Shown here: piece after piece, positions 1 through 13,153 of the stretch
How positions within the stretch are numbered: the first letter of the stretch is position 1
Layout: the number at the start of each line of letters is the position of its first letter
Source of the DNA: Mobula hypostoma
Lineage: Eukaryota
Assembly: GCF_963921235.1 (NCBI RefSeq)
Contig: NC_086108.1
Location: 87,546,001 to 87,610,000, forward strand
Direction: 5' to 3'
Length of the DNA stretch: 64,000 bases
Translations under genes and position numbers: made by a program
Notes under the pieces: generated by a model
What the model saw: the letters and a program-made list of their open reading frames with translations, nothing else
Databases searched by the model: none
What the model was told of the DNA's origin: nothing

Positions 1-1050
1 TACTAATCCACGCTCTAAGCTCATCTGTTTTGTCCTTAATACTCCTTGCATAAAATAGACACATCTCAAACCATCAGTCTGAGCGCGTTCCTTCTGCCTA
101 TCCTCCCTCTCGCACTATCTACAAACTTTCTCTATTTGTGTACCAACTGCCCCTTCCTCCATCTCTTCAGTTCGGTTCCCACCTCCCAGCATTTCTAGTT
201 TAAACACTCCCCAACAGCCTTAGCAAACCTCCCTGCCAGGATATTGGTCCCCTCAGATTCAAATGCAACCCGTCCTTTTTGTGCAGGTCATGCCTGCCCC
301 AAAGGAGGTCCCAATGATCCAGAAATCTGAATCCCTGCCCCCTGCTCCAATCCCTCAGCCACACATTTATCCTCCACCTCATTCTATTCCTATACTCACT
401 GTCACATGGCACAGGCAATAATCCCGAGATTACTACCTTTGAGGTACTTCCTTCTTAACTCCCTGTACTCTGTTTTCAGGACCCCTTCCCTTTTCTACCT
501 ATGTTGTTGGTACCAATATGTACCACGACTTCTGGCTGCTCTTCTCATTTCAGGATATCGTGGATGCGATCAGAAACATCCCAGACCCTGGCACCAGGGA
601 GGCAAACTACCATCCGTGTTTCTTTCCTGCACCCTAACTATAGAGTCCCCTATCACTGCTGCCATCCTCTTCCTTTCCCCACCCTTCTGAGCCACAGGGC
701 CAGACTCTGTGCTTCCCCCAGATAGGTTGCCCTCCTCAACAGTACTCAAACAGGAGTACTGTTGATGCAGCTTGATGCACCTGGCGCAGATGTGGCCGTC
801 CGGGAGGCTGGGAGTCTCCTGGACATCCTACATCCGATACCCAGTACAGAACACTGGCCTCACACACATACTTCCGGTTTCTATTCTTCACAAGTAATTC
901 ACCTCACCTCTACCCGTCATCACCCCAAGCCCTGTTAAGCCAAAGCCCTCCTACTCTGTCTCTCGCTCTATAAAGCTGTCTTCCTTTTAAATCCTTCCCG
1001 CTGGTCTAACTCGCTGACGTCCATGCGCTTGCGCTGTCGTGCCTCGTTTG
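1..1050 (-). mobile_element. 5' part of a CR1 LINE (5' UTR and decayed ORF1 with SGNH/GDSL esterase domain), running off the window
   Basis: ORF 200-418 has 'INVWLRDW...GFRFLDHWD...KKDGLHLN'. The region is collinear with the element at about 10560-11890. Confidence 0.85.
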
Positions 1051-1224
1051 TATACTTCTCACTGCAGTAGCATTTTTCAGTGCTTAGAATGCTCTACTTC
1101 TCCCAGCAGAGGAAAGATCAATGAATAAAAAAAAATATTCATAAGCATTAAAAAGCAAGAAAATAGTTTAAAGCTCCAAAATATTGCCATCTGAATTATT
1201 CACGATCGGTAAGGGGCATCTCAC

Positions 1225-1347
1225 CGTAGCATGTTGCGTTCTGTTTCCGGCTGTTCTTCAAAAGGTCCTGCACTGTGGCACACTAATAGAGACACATCAA
1301 ATTCATCGTGATGTCTGATTCCTTCAGAATCTTTGTACGATCCAGAT
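1225..1347 (-). CDS. SZT2: SZT2 coding exon, last in window: (R)[40 protein letters not shown](R)
   Basis: ttttcttgtag| acceptor, CG|gtgaga donor, 123 nt, phase 2-2. Contains FDVSLLVCH...PFEEQ.E.ER. Read by hand. Confidence 0.93.
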
Positions 1348-1551
1348 CTACAAGAAAATCAAATTCCTGTCACTGCTGTGTCATTTTTCTAAACTAACAC
1401 AATCATCAATGAAAGTTGACAATTCGATATATAGACCATCCCCCAGATTGCAAACACGGACAACTGTACATATGAATGAGCTCCCATAATTTAATTAAAT
1501 TCATGAAAAGAGACCAATTGTGATTTATACATATATTACAATTATGGTCAC

Positions 1552-1625
1552 AACAAATACTGTAGGTCCTATTTTTACAGATACACATTGGTGCATCTGT
1601 AAAAATAGGACCTACAGTATTTGTT
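1552..1625. repeat. Inverted repeat with perfect 31-bp arms (1552-1582 and 1595-1625)
   Basis: aacaaatactgtaggtcctatttttacagat ... atctgtaaaaataggacctacagtatttgtt, read directly. Confidence 0.95.
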
Positions 1626-1649
1626 TCCAAGGGATGACTTGTATACCTG

Positions 1650-2330
1650 TATGTATATTCTGGAAGCAGAACGTGATCAACTCATCCATGCTGACCAATA
1701 TGCTCAACTAAGCTGATGCCATTTGCCCACATCTGGCCTATATTGTAAAGCTTTCCTATCCATGGACTTGTCCAAATGTCTTTTAAATGTTGTTATTGTA
1801 CTAGCCTCAACCACTTTCTCTGGCAGATCATTTCACTTATGCACCCCCCCCCCCCCTTTCTGTGAGGAAGTTTCTCCTCAAATGCCTTTTAAATTCTCAC
1901 TTTAAACATTAATTATTGCTTCTCTTTTCTTCAGAAAAAAAACTGTGCACTCACCTTATCTATGTCCTGCATGATTTTATGTACAACTATAAAGTCACCC
2001 TCAGTCCCCTATACTCCTAGACTGTCCACACTTTTCCTATAACTTCCGCCCTTGAGTCCTGTAATCACTTTCATAAATTTTTTCTGTACTCTATCCAGCT
2101 GAATGTCTTTCCTATAACAGCACAACCAAAACTATACATAGTAGTCCAATTGTGACCTCACCAACATCTTATACTATGGCAACATTACATCCCAGTTCCT
2201 AAAGACAGTGCCCTGTCTGATAAAAAAAACGGTATACCAAATGACATATTCACCCGTGATACTGCTTTCAGGAAACTATGTACTTGTGGTCCCAAGACTT
2301 CCAGGGCTCTTTATTCACTGTGAAGCTTTT
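1650..2330 (-). mobile_element. Decayed CR1 LINE 3' fragment
   Basis: Collinear with the 3' ends of the better-preserved minus-strand CR1 copies in the window. Confidence 0.65.
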
Positions 2331-2914
2331 GAGGCAGAGGAAAATTGAATGGATGAGACTTAATTGAGGATTTGAGTAGAGAATAGATGGCAGCATTACA
2401 GTTGGGATAGACTACCTGTTTCCATGCTTTATATTCTCTATCATTTGTTCCCATTTACTTGAGAGGCTTATTATACAGCACATATGTTGTAGGGTATGTG
2501 GGCAATTTAATAATTGACGCAATAGCATCATCCCAACCACCCCACCATCTGGCACCATTTTAGATCATATTTTCTGACATGCAACCAATGTCTTGATGCT
2601 GTTCTCCATCTTCAGGGACAAAGTTTAATTTTTATTTCTACATTGCTTTGACTTGAATTCATGAAACAAAAAGTCCCAAAACATTATTTTAAACTATTGT
2701 AGCAAATATGCTTCAACTACATGCATGACACTTAATGAGTTGTGAACACAACTGTTTTCTGTCCATTCTTTTAGACGAATATACTGTCATCACATCTAAA
2801 ACCTGGCCTGAGAAGTTAAAAAAGGAACACTTCTAAATCTAATTGGGTTGCTATCAAGAAAAGTCAGAATGCAATCTGGGGTAATGGACTATCAAAGTTT
2901 AAGCTCACAGGAAA

Positions 2915-5060
2915 TAAACTTTGAAGTTCAAAGCAAATTTATTATCAAAGTACCTATATGTTACCATTTACTATCCTGATATTTATTTTCTTGCAGGAAT
3001 TCAAAGTAGACACAAAGAAACACGATAGAATCAATGAAAAACTGCACTCAAAGACCCACAAAAAAATAATGTGCAAATGCAACAAATAATGTAAATACAA
3101 AAAAAATCTTCTGATGAGTCCTTAAACACGACTGTCCACCAACTCGAATATATAAATTAAATAATGAAAAGAAATATATATAAAAAAATAAGTAGTGCAA
3201 AAAGAGCAAAATAATAATGAGGTAGTGTTCATACGTTAATGAGCCATTCATAAATCTGAAAGAGGAGAGGAAGAAGTTGTCACTAAAACATTGAGAATAT
3301 GTCTTCAGGCTCTTGCATCTCCTCTCTGATGAGAAGGCATGTCCTGGGTGATGGGTCCCTCATGATGGATGCCCACTGCCATCAGTTTTACCAAGGCACC
3401 TCTATGTCACACTCAGTCAAATGATGCCTTGATTTAAGAGCCTCATCTTCACTTCACCTTTAGAATTTAAAGCTTTGATATGGTGTATATTTGTACCAAG
3501 GTAATGTTAAGATCTGGAGCCAAATGGTGCTGGCAAAACCTAGGTCATAACTACAACTGCATGATACTGCTGTCTTAATAACTTTCTTAATTATGCTGAT
3601 GATAGAGAGCACAGAGTTGGGATATATTTCACATTGACATGGTTATAATTGTACAGGAACATCTGTGTTGGTGGCATAGCTGGTTCTAAATGCAGATCTT
3701 TTGTACTACAGTTGAGAAGACGTCTGGTTCCAAAGTCTTTCTGTATCTAGTGCTCTCAGCCATGGCTTGATATGACCTTAGCTCGTAGGAATCTCAGGAG
3801 AAAGCTGAGATGAATTATTAAGTAGGCGGTTCCAGCTCCTCTTTAGTCTCTACTGCCTTTTTGAGAATGAGGATGATATTGAAGCTTCTTCCTCCTATTA
3901 GCAAGTTAATTGTCCACCAGCTTTCCTCCCAAGATGTGGCAGGCCTAAGGAACATTGATCTAATCTGATGTTCGTAGATTGCGTCGCTCTTTCCATTTCA
4001 TGCTATATATATTGCAAGTAGTTCTGTTTTGCAAATATGCTGATACACATGTCTGCATCTGTGGGGATGGTCGACCGTCATTCACCTCTGTCATTCTCTG
4101 TACAGCAGTCCAATCCGCTTGTGGGAGACACTGTCAATTGATTGTAGTGTAAATATATGAATGCCCATTAATTCTACCCAAAGCACAAAGCCTTCAGTCA
4201 GCATCTGGCAGCCCCATACCAGGCCCACTAACCTACCTCTGGAAATGGTGCAGGTTGATTCTAAAAGTTTGGCAATTGTGTCATGACCATTGCTTCCCCC
4301 AGCTTCTCCCAATTTTTAAACATCACTTTCATTCCCATCATTTTAAAATATGGCTATGATAATCCTAATGAGTACTTCCACACATTTTCTGCATTTCTGG
4401 CTTATTTGTAAATAGAATAAGGAATCTGCTGGGTCATGAGACTTCACTTTGTAATGGCCGTCGTTACGGCTGCTGACAGTGATGGTCCATAGCAACTCAC
4501 AGATGCCACTTTTGAGCTGCCTGATCTCTTCTGGGTCTATCCCTGTTAGCAAAACTATGGTACCCACATTACAAAGAGGAGGTTGTCCTCCATGTGGAGA
4601 TGGGACATTATCACACATATATCCCTTGTATTGGTTCACTCACCATCTGCTGCAGAAGCAGTCAGACAGCAATGACCTTCAGAACGCAGATGGGATCTGT
4701 GGTGGTGATATCATTGTTCCCCACCAAGAGTGCATAGTGCTGCATTGGGCACTCTCAGTGTTATTGCACATCTGAGAGCATTTATTAATTTATTATTCAA
4801 GGAACGATGATTGGTGGTAATGAGGATGAGGCTTCCTTCTCAGTATTTGACCTGATGCCTTAGATATCACGGAACGTGGAGACATTGTTCAGGATTCCAA
4901 GGGGTCTTTTCTCTGCCTTACTTCTGTGTCTTCACTTCTCATGGGTGTGTTCTGTCAGTGTAACATGAGATAGACAAAGATTGTGACAGAAGAGTTTTTA
5001 AGGCACAATTCCTGTGTCAGACTACCGCTTGACTATTGCATTCAACAGTCCTTCCATGCT
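2915..5060 (-). mobile_element. Highly decayed LINE remnants: a Rex1-like 3' end with (ACTTTGA)n-type tail, then an older CR1/L2-clade fragment
   Basis: The tail at about 2918-2945 is the reverse complement of the tail at 46546-46570. The rest shows only residual LINE-like sequence with no intact ORF. Confidence 0.4.
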
Positions 5061-5489
5061 AGATACTAGTCCCTAGATAGAGTCATAGAGAAGTACATCA
5101 CAGAAACAGGCCCTTTGGCCCATCTAGAGCATGCTGAAACCATTTAAACTGCCTACTCCAATTGACCTGCACCGGGACCATAGCCCTCCATATCTTTACT
5201 AAGGTCCATGTACCTATTCAAACTTCTCTTAAACATTGAAATCAAGCTCACATGCATCACTTGTGCTGGCAGCTCATTCCACACACTCATGGCCTTCTGA
5301 GTGAAGAAGTTTCCCCTCATGTGGCCCTTAAAGTTATCACCTTTCACCCTTAATCCATGACCTCTGGTTGTAGTTTCACCCAACCTCAGTAGAAAAAGAC
5401 AGCTTGCATTTACCCTATCTATACCTCTCATAATTTTGTATACCTCTTTCAAATCTCCTCTCAATCTTCTACATAATAAAGAATACAAG

Positions 5490-6132
5490 ATAGACAGATA
5501 GATATACTTTATTAATCCCAAGGGAAATTTGGTTTTGTTACAGCCGCACCAACCAAGAATAGAGCGTAAATATAGCAATACAAAAAACCCCAACAATCAA
5601 ACAACAAAATGCAAAACTATGCCAGATGGAAAATAAGTCCAGGACCAGCCTATTGGCTCAGGGTGTCTGACCCTCTACGGGAGGAGCTGCACGTTCGATG
5701 GCCACAGGCAGGAACGACCTCCCGTGCCACCAAGTGTTGTATCACGGTGGAATGTGGCCGAAGTCCAACAGTAAAAAGTTCAATATCCTGTCTGCAAACA
5801 CGTTCCTCGATTGTAATATACCCCGGATTGCACCATCCGTTGTTAGCCAGATCAGTAAGCACCCCACTCCTTCACACCGCTTACCGCTCTCGGTGCACTT
5901 CCGGTCAGGCGGAACGGTATTACCCATCGAAACTCCTCTTCTCCAAAAGTCTCGACCCGGTCCTCTTTCCTTGGCTTTGTGATCCCCCTCTGTGTGTTTT
6001 CCTCCAGATTTCAGCAGGGGTGTCTGCCGCTCTGCTCGCTAAGCCGACCGGAATTTGCTGGTCCATGGAATACACAATGCGACCTTGCTTCTGTCCCGCG
6101 TGTCGGGGTGTAACCATTTCCACCGCTAAAAA
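5490..6132 (-). mobile_element. Internally deleted Rex1/Babar-like LINE derivative nested in CR1
   Basis: Endonuclease-like 'NNGWCNPGYITIEERVCRQDIELFTVGLRP' is joined directly to the 3' end (RSFLPVAI), followed by aataaa and an (ATCT)n tail. It interrupts the CR1 frame. Confidence 0.65.
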
Positions 6133-6534
6133 AAACCCTAACTTGTTCAATCTTTATTTATAGCTCAGGTCCTCCAGACCCAGCAACATCCTTGTAAATT
6201 TTCTCTGCACTCTTTCAACCTTGTTTACATCTCTCCTATAGGTGGGTGACCAAAACTGCACACAATATTCCAAGCTAGGCCTCACCAATGTCTTATACAA
6301 CTTCAGCATAACATTCCATCTACTGTTCTCAATACACTGATTTATGAAGGCCAATCGCCAAAAGATTTCTTTATGACCCTATCTATCTGTGACACCACTT
6401 TCAGTAATAGACCTGTATCCTTAGATCCCTGTGTTCTACCACACTCCTCAGTGCTTTACCGTTCACTATGTAAGACCTGCCCTGGTTGGTGCTACCGAAG
6501 TGCGAAACCTCTCATTTGTTTGTATTAAATTCAT

Positions 6535-6981
6535 ATGATGAAAAACTGGATGAACTAGGCTTATACTCGTTGGAATTTAGAAGATTGAGGGGGGATCTGA
6601 TTGAAACATATAAAATCCTAAAGGGATTGGACAGGCTAGATGCAGGAAGATTCTTCCCGATGTTGGGGAAGTCCAGAACGAGGGGTCACAGTTTGAGGAT
6701 AAAGGGGAAGCCTTTTAGGACCGAGATGAGGAAAAACTTCTTCACACAGAGAGTGGTGAATCTGTGGAATTCTCTGCCCCAGGAAACAGTTGAGGCCAGT
6801 TCATTGGCTATATTTAAGAGGGAGTTAGATATGGCCCTTGTGGCTAAAGGGATCAGGGGGTATGGAGGGAAGGCTGGTACAGGGTTCTGAGTTGGATGAT
6901 CAGCCATGATCATACTGAATGGCGATGCAGGCTCGAAGGGCCAAATGGCCTACTCCTGCACCTATATTCTATGTTTCTATG
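6535..6981 (+). mobile_element. CR1 3' fragment inserted antisense into the host CR1
   Basis: 'LGLYSLEFRRLRGDLIETYKILKGLDR...NFFTQRVVNLWNSLP', a ttctatgt tail, and flanking taaattc(c)at repeats (likely TSD). Confidence 0.9.
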
Positions 6982-7634
6982 TAAATTCCATCTGCCATTT
7001 TTCAGCTAATTTTTCCAGCTGATGCAGATCCCTCTGCAAGCCATGATAGACTTCCTCACTGTCCACTATACCTCCACAATCTTGGTGTCATCCACAAATT
7101 TGCCGATTTAGTTAACCACATTGTCATCCAGATCACTGATATAGATGACAAACAAAGGACCCAGCACTGATCCCTGTGACACACCAGTAGTCACAGGCCA
7201 CCAGTCAGAGAGGCATCACCTACTACCACTCTCTGGCTTCTCCCACAAAGCCAATGTCCGATCCAATTTACTACGTCATCCTAAATGCTGACTGACTGAA
7301 CCTTCTTCACTCACCTCCCATGCGGGACCTTGCCAAATGGCTCACTAATTTCCATATAGTCAACATCCTTGGTCCTGCCTTCATCCACTTTCCTGGTAAC
7401 TTCCTCAAAAACCTATAAGATTGCTTAGATTTGACCTAACATGCACAAAGCCATGCCGACAATCCTTAAACTGTCCATGTCTACCCAAATATATCTGGTC
7501 CCTCAGAATACTTTCCAATAACTTTACCACAAATGATGTCACACTCACTGGCCTATAATTTCCTAGTTTCTGTTTAGAGCCCTTTTTAAACAGTGGAACA
7601 ACATTGGCTATCCTCCAATCCTTTGGTACCCTAT

Positions 7635-10600
7635 TTATAACCATATAACAATTACAGCACGGAAATAGGCCATCTCCGCCCTTCTAGTCCGTGCCGAATG
7701 CTTACTCTCACCTAGTCCCACCTAGTCCCACTGACCTGCACTCAGCCCATAACCTTCCATTCCTTTCCTGTCCATATAGCTATCCAATTTTACTTTAAAT
7801 GACAACATCGAGCCTGCCTCAACCACTTCTACTGGAAGCTCGTTCCACAGAGCTACCACTCTCTGAGTAAAGAAGTTCCCCCTCATGTTACCCCTAAACT
7901 TTTGCCCCCTAACTCTCAACTCATGTCCTCTTGTTTGAATCTCCCCTACTCTCAATGGAAAAAGCCTATCTATGTCAACTCTATCTATCCCCCTCATAAT
8001 TTTAAATATCTCTATCAAGTCCCCCCTCAACCTTCTATGCTCCAAAGAATAAAGACCCAACTTGTTCAACCTTTCTCTGTAACTTAGGTGCTGAAACCCA
8101 GGTAACATTCTAGTAAATCTTCTCTGTACTCTCTCTATTTTGTTGACATTTTTTCCTATAATTCGGTGACCAGAACTGTACACAATATTCCAAGTCAGGC
8201 CTTACCAATGCCTTGTACAATTTTAACATTACATCCCAACTCCTATACTCAATGCTCTGATTTATAAAGGCCAGCATACCAAAAGCTTTCTTCACCACCC
8301 TATCCACATGAGATTCTACCTTCAGGGAACTATGCACCATTATTCCTAGATCCCTCTGTTCTACTGCATTCTTCAATGCCCTACCATTTACCATGTATGT
8401 CCTATTTTGATTAGTCCTACCAAAATGTAGCACCTCACACTTATCAGCATTAAACTGCATTTGCCATCGTTCAGCCCACTCTTCTAACTGACCTAAATCT
8501 CCGCAAGCTTTGAAAGCCTACTTCATTATCCACAATGCCACCTATCTTAGTATCATCTGCATACTTACTAATCCAATTTACCACCCCATCATCCAGATCA
8601 TTAATGTATATGACGAACAACATTGGACCCAGTATAACTCCCTGAGGCACACCACTAGTCACCGGCCTCCAACCTGACAGTTATCCACCACTACTCTCTG
8701 GCGTCTCCCATCCAGCCTCCAGTCACCGTTGAATCCATTTTACTACTTCAATATTAATACCTAACGATTCAACCTTCCTAATTAACCTTCCGTGTGGAAC
8801 CTTGTCAAAGGCCTTACTGAAGTCCATATAGACAACATCTACTGCTTTACCCTCGTCAACTTTCCTGTAACCTCTTCAAAAAATTCAATAAGATTTGTCA
8901 AACATGACCTTCCACGCACAAATCCATGTTGATTGTTCCTAATCAGACCCTGTCTATCCAGATAATTATATATACCATCTCCAAGAATACTTGCCATTAA
9001 TTTACCCACAACTGACGTCAAACTTACAGGCTGATAATTGCTAGGTTTACTCTTAGAACCATTTTTAAACAATGGAACAACATGAGCAACACGCCAATCC
9101 TCTGGCACCATCCCCGTTTCTAATGATATTTGAAATATTTCTGTCAGAGCCCCTGCTATTTCTACACTAACTACCCTCAAGTTCCTAGGGAATATCCTGT
9201 CAGCACCCGGAAACTTATCAACTTTTATATTCCTTAAAAGCGCCAATACTTCCTCTTCTTTAATCATCATAGTTTCCATAATTTCCCTACCTGTTTCCCT
9301 TACCTTACACACTAAAATAGCCTTCTCCTTAGTGAATACTGAAGAAAAGAAATTGGTCAAAATCTCCCCCATCTCTTTTGGTTCCACACATAGCTGTCCA
9401 CCCTGATCCTCCAAGGGACTAATTTTATCCCTCACTATCTTTTTGCTATTAATATAACTGTAGAAACCCTTTGGATTTATTTTCACCTTACTTGCCAAAG
9501 CAACCTCGTATCTTCTTTTAGCTTTTCTAATTTCTTTCTTAAGATTCTTTTTACATCCTTTATATTCCTTATATTTACTCCATGATGCCTATATTTATTG
9601 TAGATATCGCTCTTTTTCCGAACCAAGTTTCCAATATCCCTTGAAAACCATGGCTCTCTCAAACTTATAACCTTTCCTTTCAACCTAACAGGAACATAAA
9701 GATTCTGTACCCTCAAAATTTCATCTTTAAATGACCTCCATTTCTCTATTACATCCTTCCCATAAAACAATTTGTCCCAATCCACTCCTTCTAAATCCTT
9801 TCGCATTTCCTCAAAGTTAGCCTTTCTCCAATCAAAAATCTCAACCCTGGGTCCAGACCTATCCTTCTCTATAATTATATTGAAACTAATGGCATTGTGA
9901 TCACTGGACCCGAAGTGCTCCCCGACACATACCTCCGTCATCTGACCTGTCTCATTCCCTAACAGGAGATCCAACACTGCCCCTTCTCTAGGTGGTACCT
10001 CTATGTATTGTTGCAAAAAACTACCCTACACACATTTTACAAACTCCAAACTCCAGCCCTTTTACAGAATGGGTTTCCCAGTCTATGTGTGGAAAATTAA
10101 AATCTCCCACAATGACAACCTTGTGCTTACTACAAATATCTGCTATCTCCTTACAAATTTGCTCCTCCAGTTCTCGCTCCCCATTAGGTGGTCTATAATA
10201 CACCCCTATAAGTGTTACTACACCTTTCCCATTCCTCAATTCCACCCAAATAGCCTCCCTAGATGAGCCCTTTAATCTATCCTGCCAGAGGACTGCTGTA
10301 ATATTTTCTCTGACAAGCAATGCAACACCTCACCCTCTTGTCCCTCCGATTCTATCACACCTGAAGCAACGAAATCCAGGAATATTTAGTTGCCAACTAC
10401 ACCCCTCCTGTAACCATGTTTCACTAATAGCTACAACATCATACTTCCAGGTTATCAATCCATGCTCGAAGCTCATCCACCTTTCTTACAATGCTCCTAG
10501 CATTAAAATAAATGCATTTAAGAAATTTTCCACCTCCTGTTCTCTGTTTATCACTAACGGTGCAAACAACTTTACTATCTCCTTTTTCTTCCTTCTCCCC

Positions 10601-11892
10601 TACATCTGTTCCTGCACTCTGGTTCCTCTCTCCCCTAGTATCTAGTTTAAATCCACTGGAGCCTCTCTAGCAAACCTACCTGCAAGAATATTTGTCCCCC
10701 TTCAGTTCAGATGTAAACCATCCCGCCGGAACAGGTCCCACCTTCCCTGGAAAACTGCCCAATTATCTATAAATCTGAAGCCCTCCCTCCTGCACCATGT
10801 CTTCAGCCACATGTTGATCTGCTCTATCTCACTATTTCTAAACCCGCCTGCACGCGGCACTGGTAGCAATCCTGAGACTGCTATCCTGGAGGTCCTGTCC
10901 TTTAACTTGGTGCCTAACTCCCTGAACTCACCTTTCAGGACCTCCTCACTCTTCCTACCTATGTCATTGGTCCCTAAATGGACAACGACATCTGGTTGCT
11001 CACCCTCCCTCGAGAATACTGAGAACTTGATCTAAGATATCGCGGACTTTGGCACCAGGGAGGCAACAGACCATCCTGGATTCTCGATCTCTTCCACAGA
11101 ACCTTTTATCTGTCTCCCTAACTATCGAATCCCCTATCACTACTGCTCTCTTCTTTTCCCTCCTTCCCTTCTGAGCTGAGGGTCCAGACTCGGTACCAGA
11201 GACGCAACCACTGCAACTTGTCCCTGGTAGGTCGTCCCCACCAACAGTATCCAAAATGATATACTTATTATTGGTGGAAACGGCCACAGAGGTGCTCTGC
11301 TCATTCTGTCTATTCCCCTTCCCTCTCCTGACAGTCACCCAGCTACATGTCTCCCGACTCTTAGGGGTGACTATCTCTCTGTAACTCCTGTTTATTTCTG
11401 CCTCTGCCTCCCGAATGATCCTAAGTTCATCCAGCTCCAGTTCCCTAATTCGGTTTGTCAGGAGCTACAGCTGGATGCACCTTTTACAGGTGTGGTCATC
11501 AGGGACAATTTTGCTCGCCCTAACTTCCCACATACTGCAAATGGAGCACTCAACTCCCTAACTGCTGCCTCCATTACCTACTCTTAAGGTAATTAAATTA
11601 ATTAAAGGAACTTACCCGGCCTTACCTCACTGGGAGCAAGCTCGTCCTCAGCCTCTGGAGCCAAAGCCTTCCTACTCTGTCTCCCTCTACTCCATCACCC
11701 GCTCCGTTAATCTGCTCACTTTTTAAACTCTCCCGCTGCCTCACGGTCCGACTTTCACACGCTTGCACAGTCATGCCCCGTTCAACCGCCAAAGAAATGA
11801 CTGACCCTTCTCAATCTGCTCACTTTTTAACTCTCCCGCTGCCTCACGGTCCGATTTTCACGTGCTTGCGCAGTCGTGCCCCATTCAACCGC
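7635..11892 (-). mobile_element. Near full-length, frameshifted CR1 LINE: 5' UTR, ORF1 (zinc finger, leucine zipper, SGNH esterase), ORF2 (APE and RT), 3' tail
   Basis: ORF1 ATG at 11574 (MEAAVRGVECSICSMW...CKRC) and 'AVVIGDSIVR'. APE motifs 'GVYYRPP', 'VGDFNFP', 'SDHN'. RT motifs 'GVPQG..LGP' and 'KYADD'. Multiple frameshifts. Confidence 0.95.
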
Positions 11893-12361
11893 TGCTGTTA
11901 TGTGTTAAATAAATCTGAATCTCATTTTAAAAGACCCATTTTGCTTTTGAATTCTCTTTATGATCTACCTTTCTCTTCTCAGTTAATCTTAGCTTCAGCC
12001 CAAGAGCAGTCCAAGATCACGGTATTCTAATTCTTACCTTCTGACAACTTCCCGCTTGCATTATTTTATCAACAGTTACCACGAGATCAGTTCTGGAAAC
12101 CCACTTTGCCATTCTAGCTCTTTGGTCATCTGTCCTTCCTGCAGGGACCAGTACACCCTACAGGGCAATTTTGCTCTTAAATACCACTTTTGGTGCTATT
12201 AAAGATACTATATAAATGCACGATGCACTGGTTGCAATTCTGAGGCTGAATTCCCAATGAAAGTGTTGATGAGGTACTGCATCTGTCAGGTTCTTTGCAG
12301 GTCACCTAAACTTCAAGTGATAATTAATTAGGAGGCAGCTATATGAACAGAAACTACATAC

Positions 12362-12545
12362 CTATTCCAGAGTGCCACAAGTGCATATTCATGCATTTCG
12401 GTATTCTGGGTCCCCTTTCTACCATCCATGCTCATCGCTGTTCTTGACATGCGGAGTGGTTTCATCCCATATGTGCTGGCATGATCAGTGATATAGTTAT
12501 AGAGCTGATGGGCCGTTGTCATGTTTGTGGAGAGGGCTATAGATC
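12362..12545 (-). CDS. SZT2: SZT2 coding exon: (G)SIALSTNMTTAHQLYNYITDHASTYGMKPLRMSRTAMSMDGRKGTQNTEMHEYALVALWN
   Basis: ttttattttag| acceptor, AG|gtatgt donor, 184 nt, phase 1-2. Contains AHQLYNY..DHAS.Y.MKPLRM. Confidence 0.95.
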
Positions 12546-12939
12546 CTAAAATAAAATGTATTTTATAACCAGATCATTAAAAATCAATTAAAATATTTCA
12601 GTTTAACTCTTTAATAGGTCTGAACTTTTTCAACATTAATCATGTCATAACTTTTAACTTGGCTTTCTTCCTCCATCTCCCAAAGCCTCATGCTGTAAAT
12701 GACAAAGAATTCTGTAAAGCTTAAGCATCCATTGTGTTGTCTTCCTTACACACAATACAAATAATCAATTCACAATCTATGACTACGTTTTTTATGTGAG
12801 AAATTGATTCCCAAAAGAGTAAAGCATTAAAATTACGTTAACAAATATGATAACTGGTAAACCATAAGGATGTGAATCATGTTCTTTTGATTTCTTTTAA
12901 CATACATCTCATATCATCTATGAGTAATATTTCTCTTAC

Positions 12940-13153
12940 CCTCAAAGATATGATTCCTTCCATATTTTGGAATATCTGGATGGTAACAGATAAAATCTTC
13001 TAGGAAGCTAGTGAGGTGGTATCCCTGTCTCAGAGTCATCTGACGGCCAACCAGATATTGATGAATGATCCGCAGATGGAAATCATAACTGAAGGAGTGA
13101 ACGTGCATTAGATCCCGCACCTTGTCACACTCCTCTGTAAATAACATTGAAAG
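12940..13153 (-). CDS. SZT2: SZT2 coding exon: [71 protein letters not shown]
   Basis: tctatcttggcag| acceptor, G|gtaaga donor, 214 nt, phase 0-1. Contains the conserved SZT2 block [28 protein letters not shown]. Confidence 0.97.

Larger units (their letters stand above)
5080..7630 (-). mobile_element. 5'-truncated CR1 LINE, host of two nested insertions
   Basis: ORF2 remnants 'DWRIANVVPLFKKG...NYRPVS', 'LVRPSLEYCVQFWSP' and 'RRLRGDL..VYKIMRG' continue across both insertions. Confidence 0.9.
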
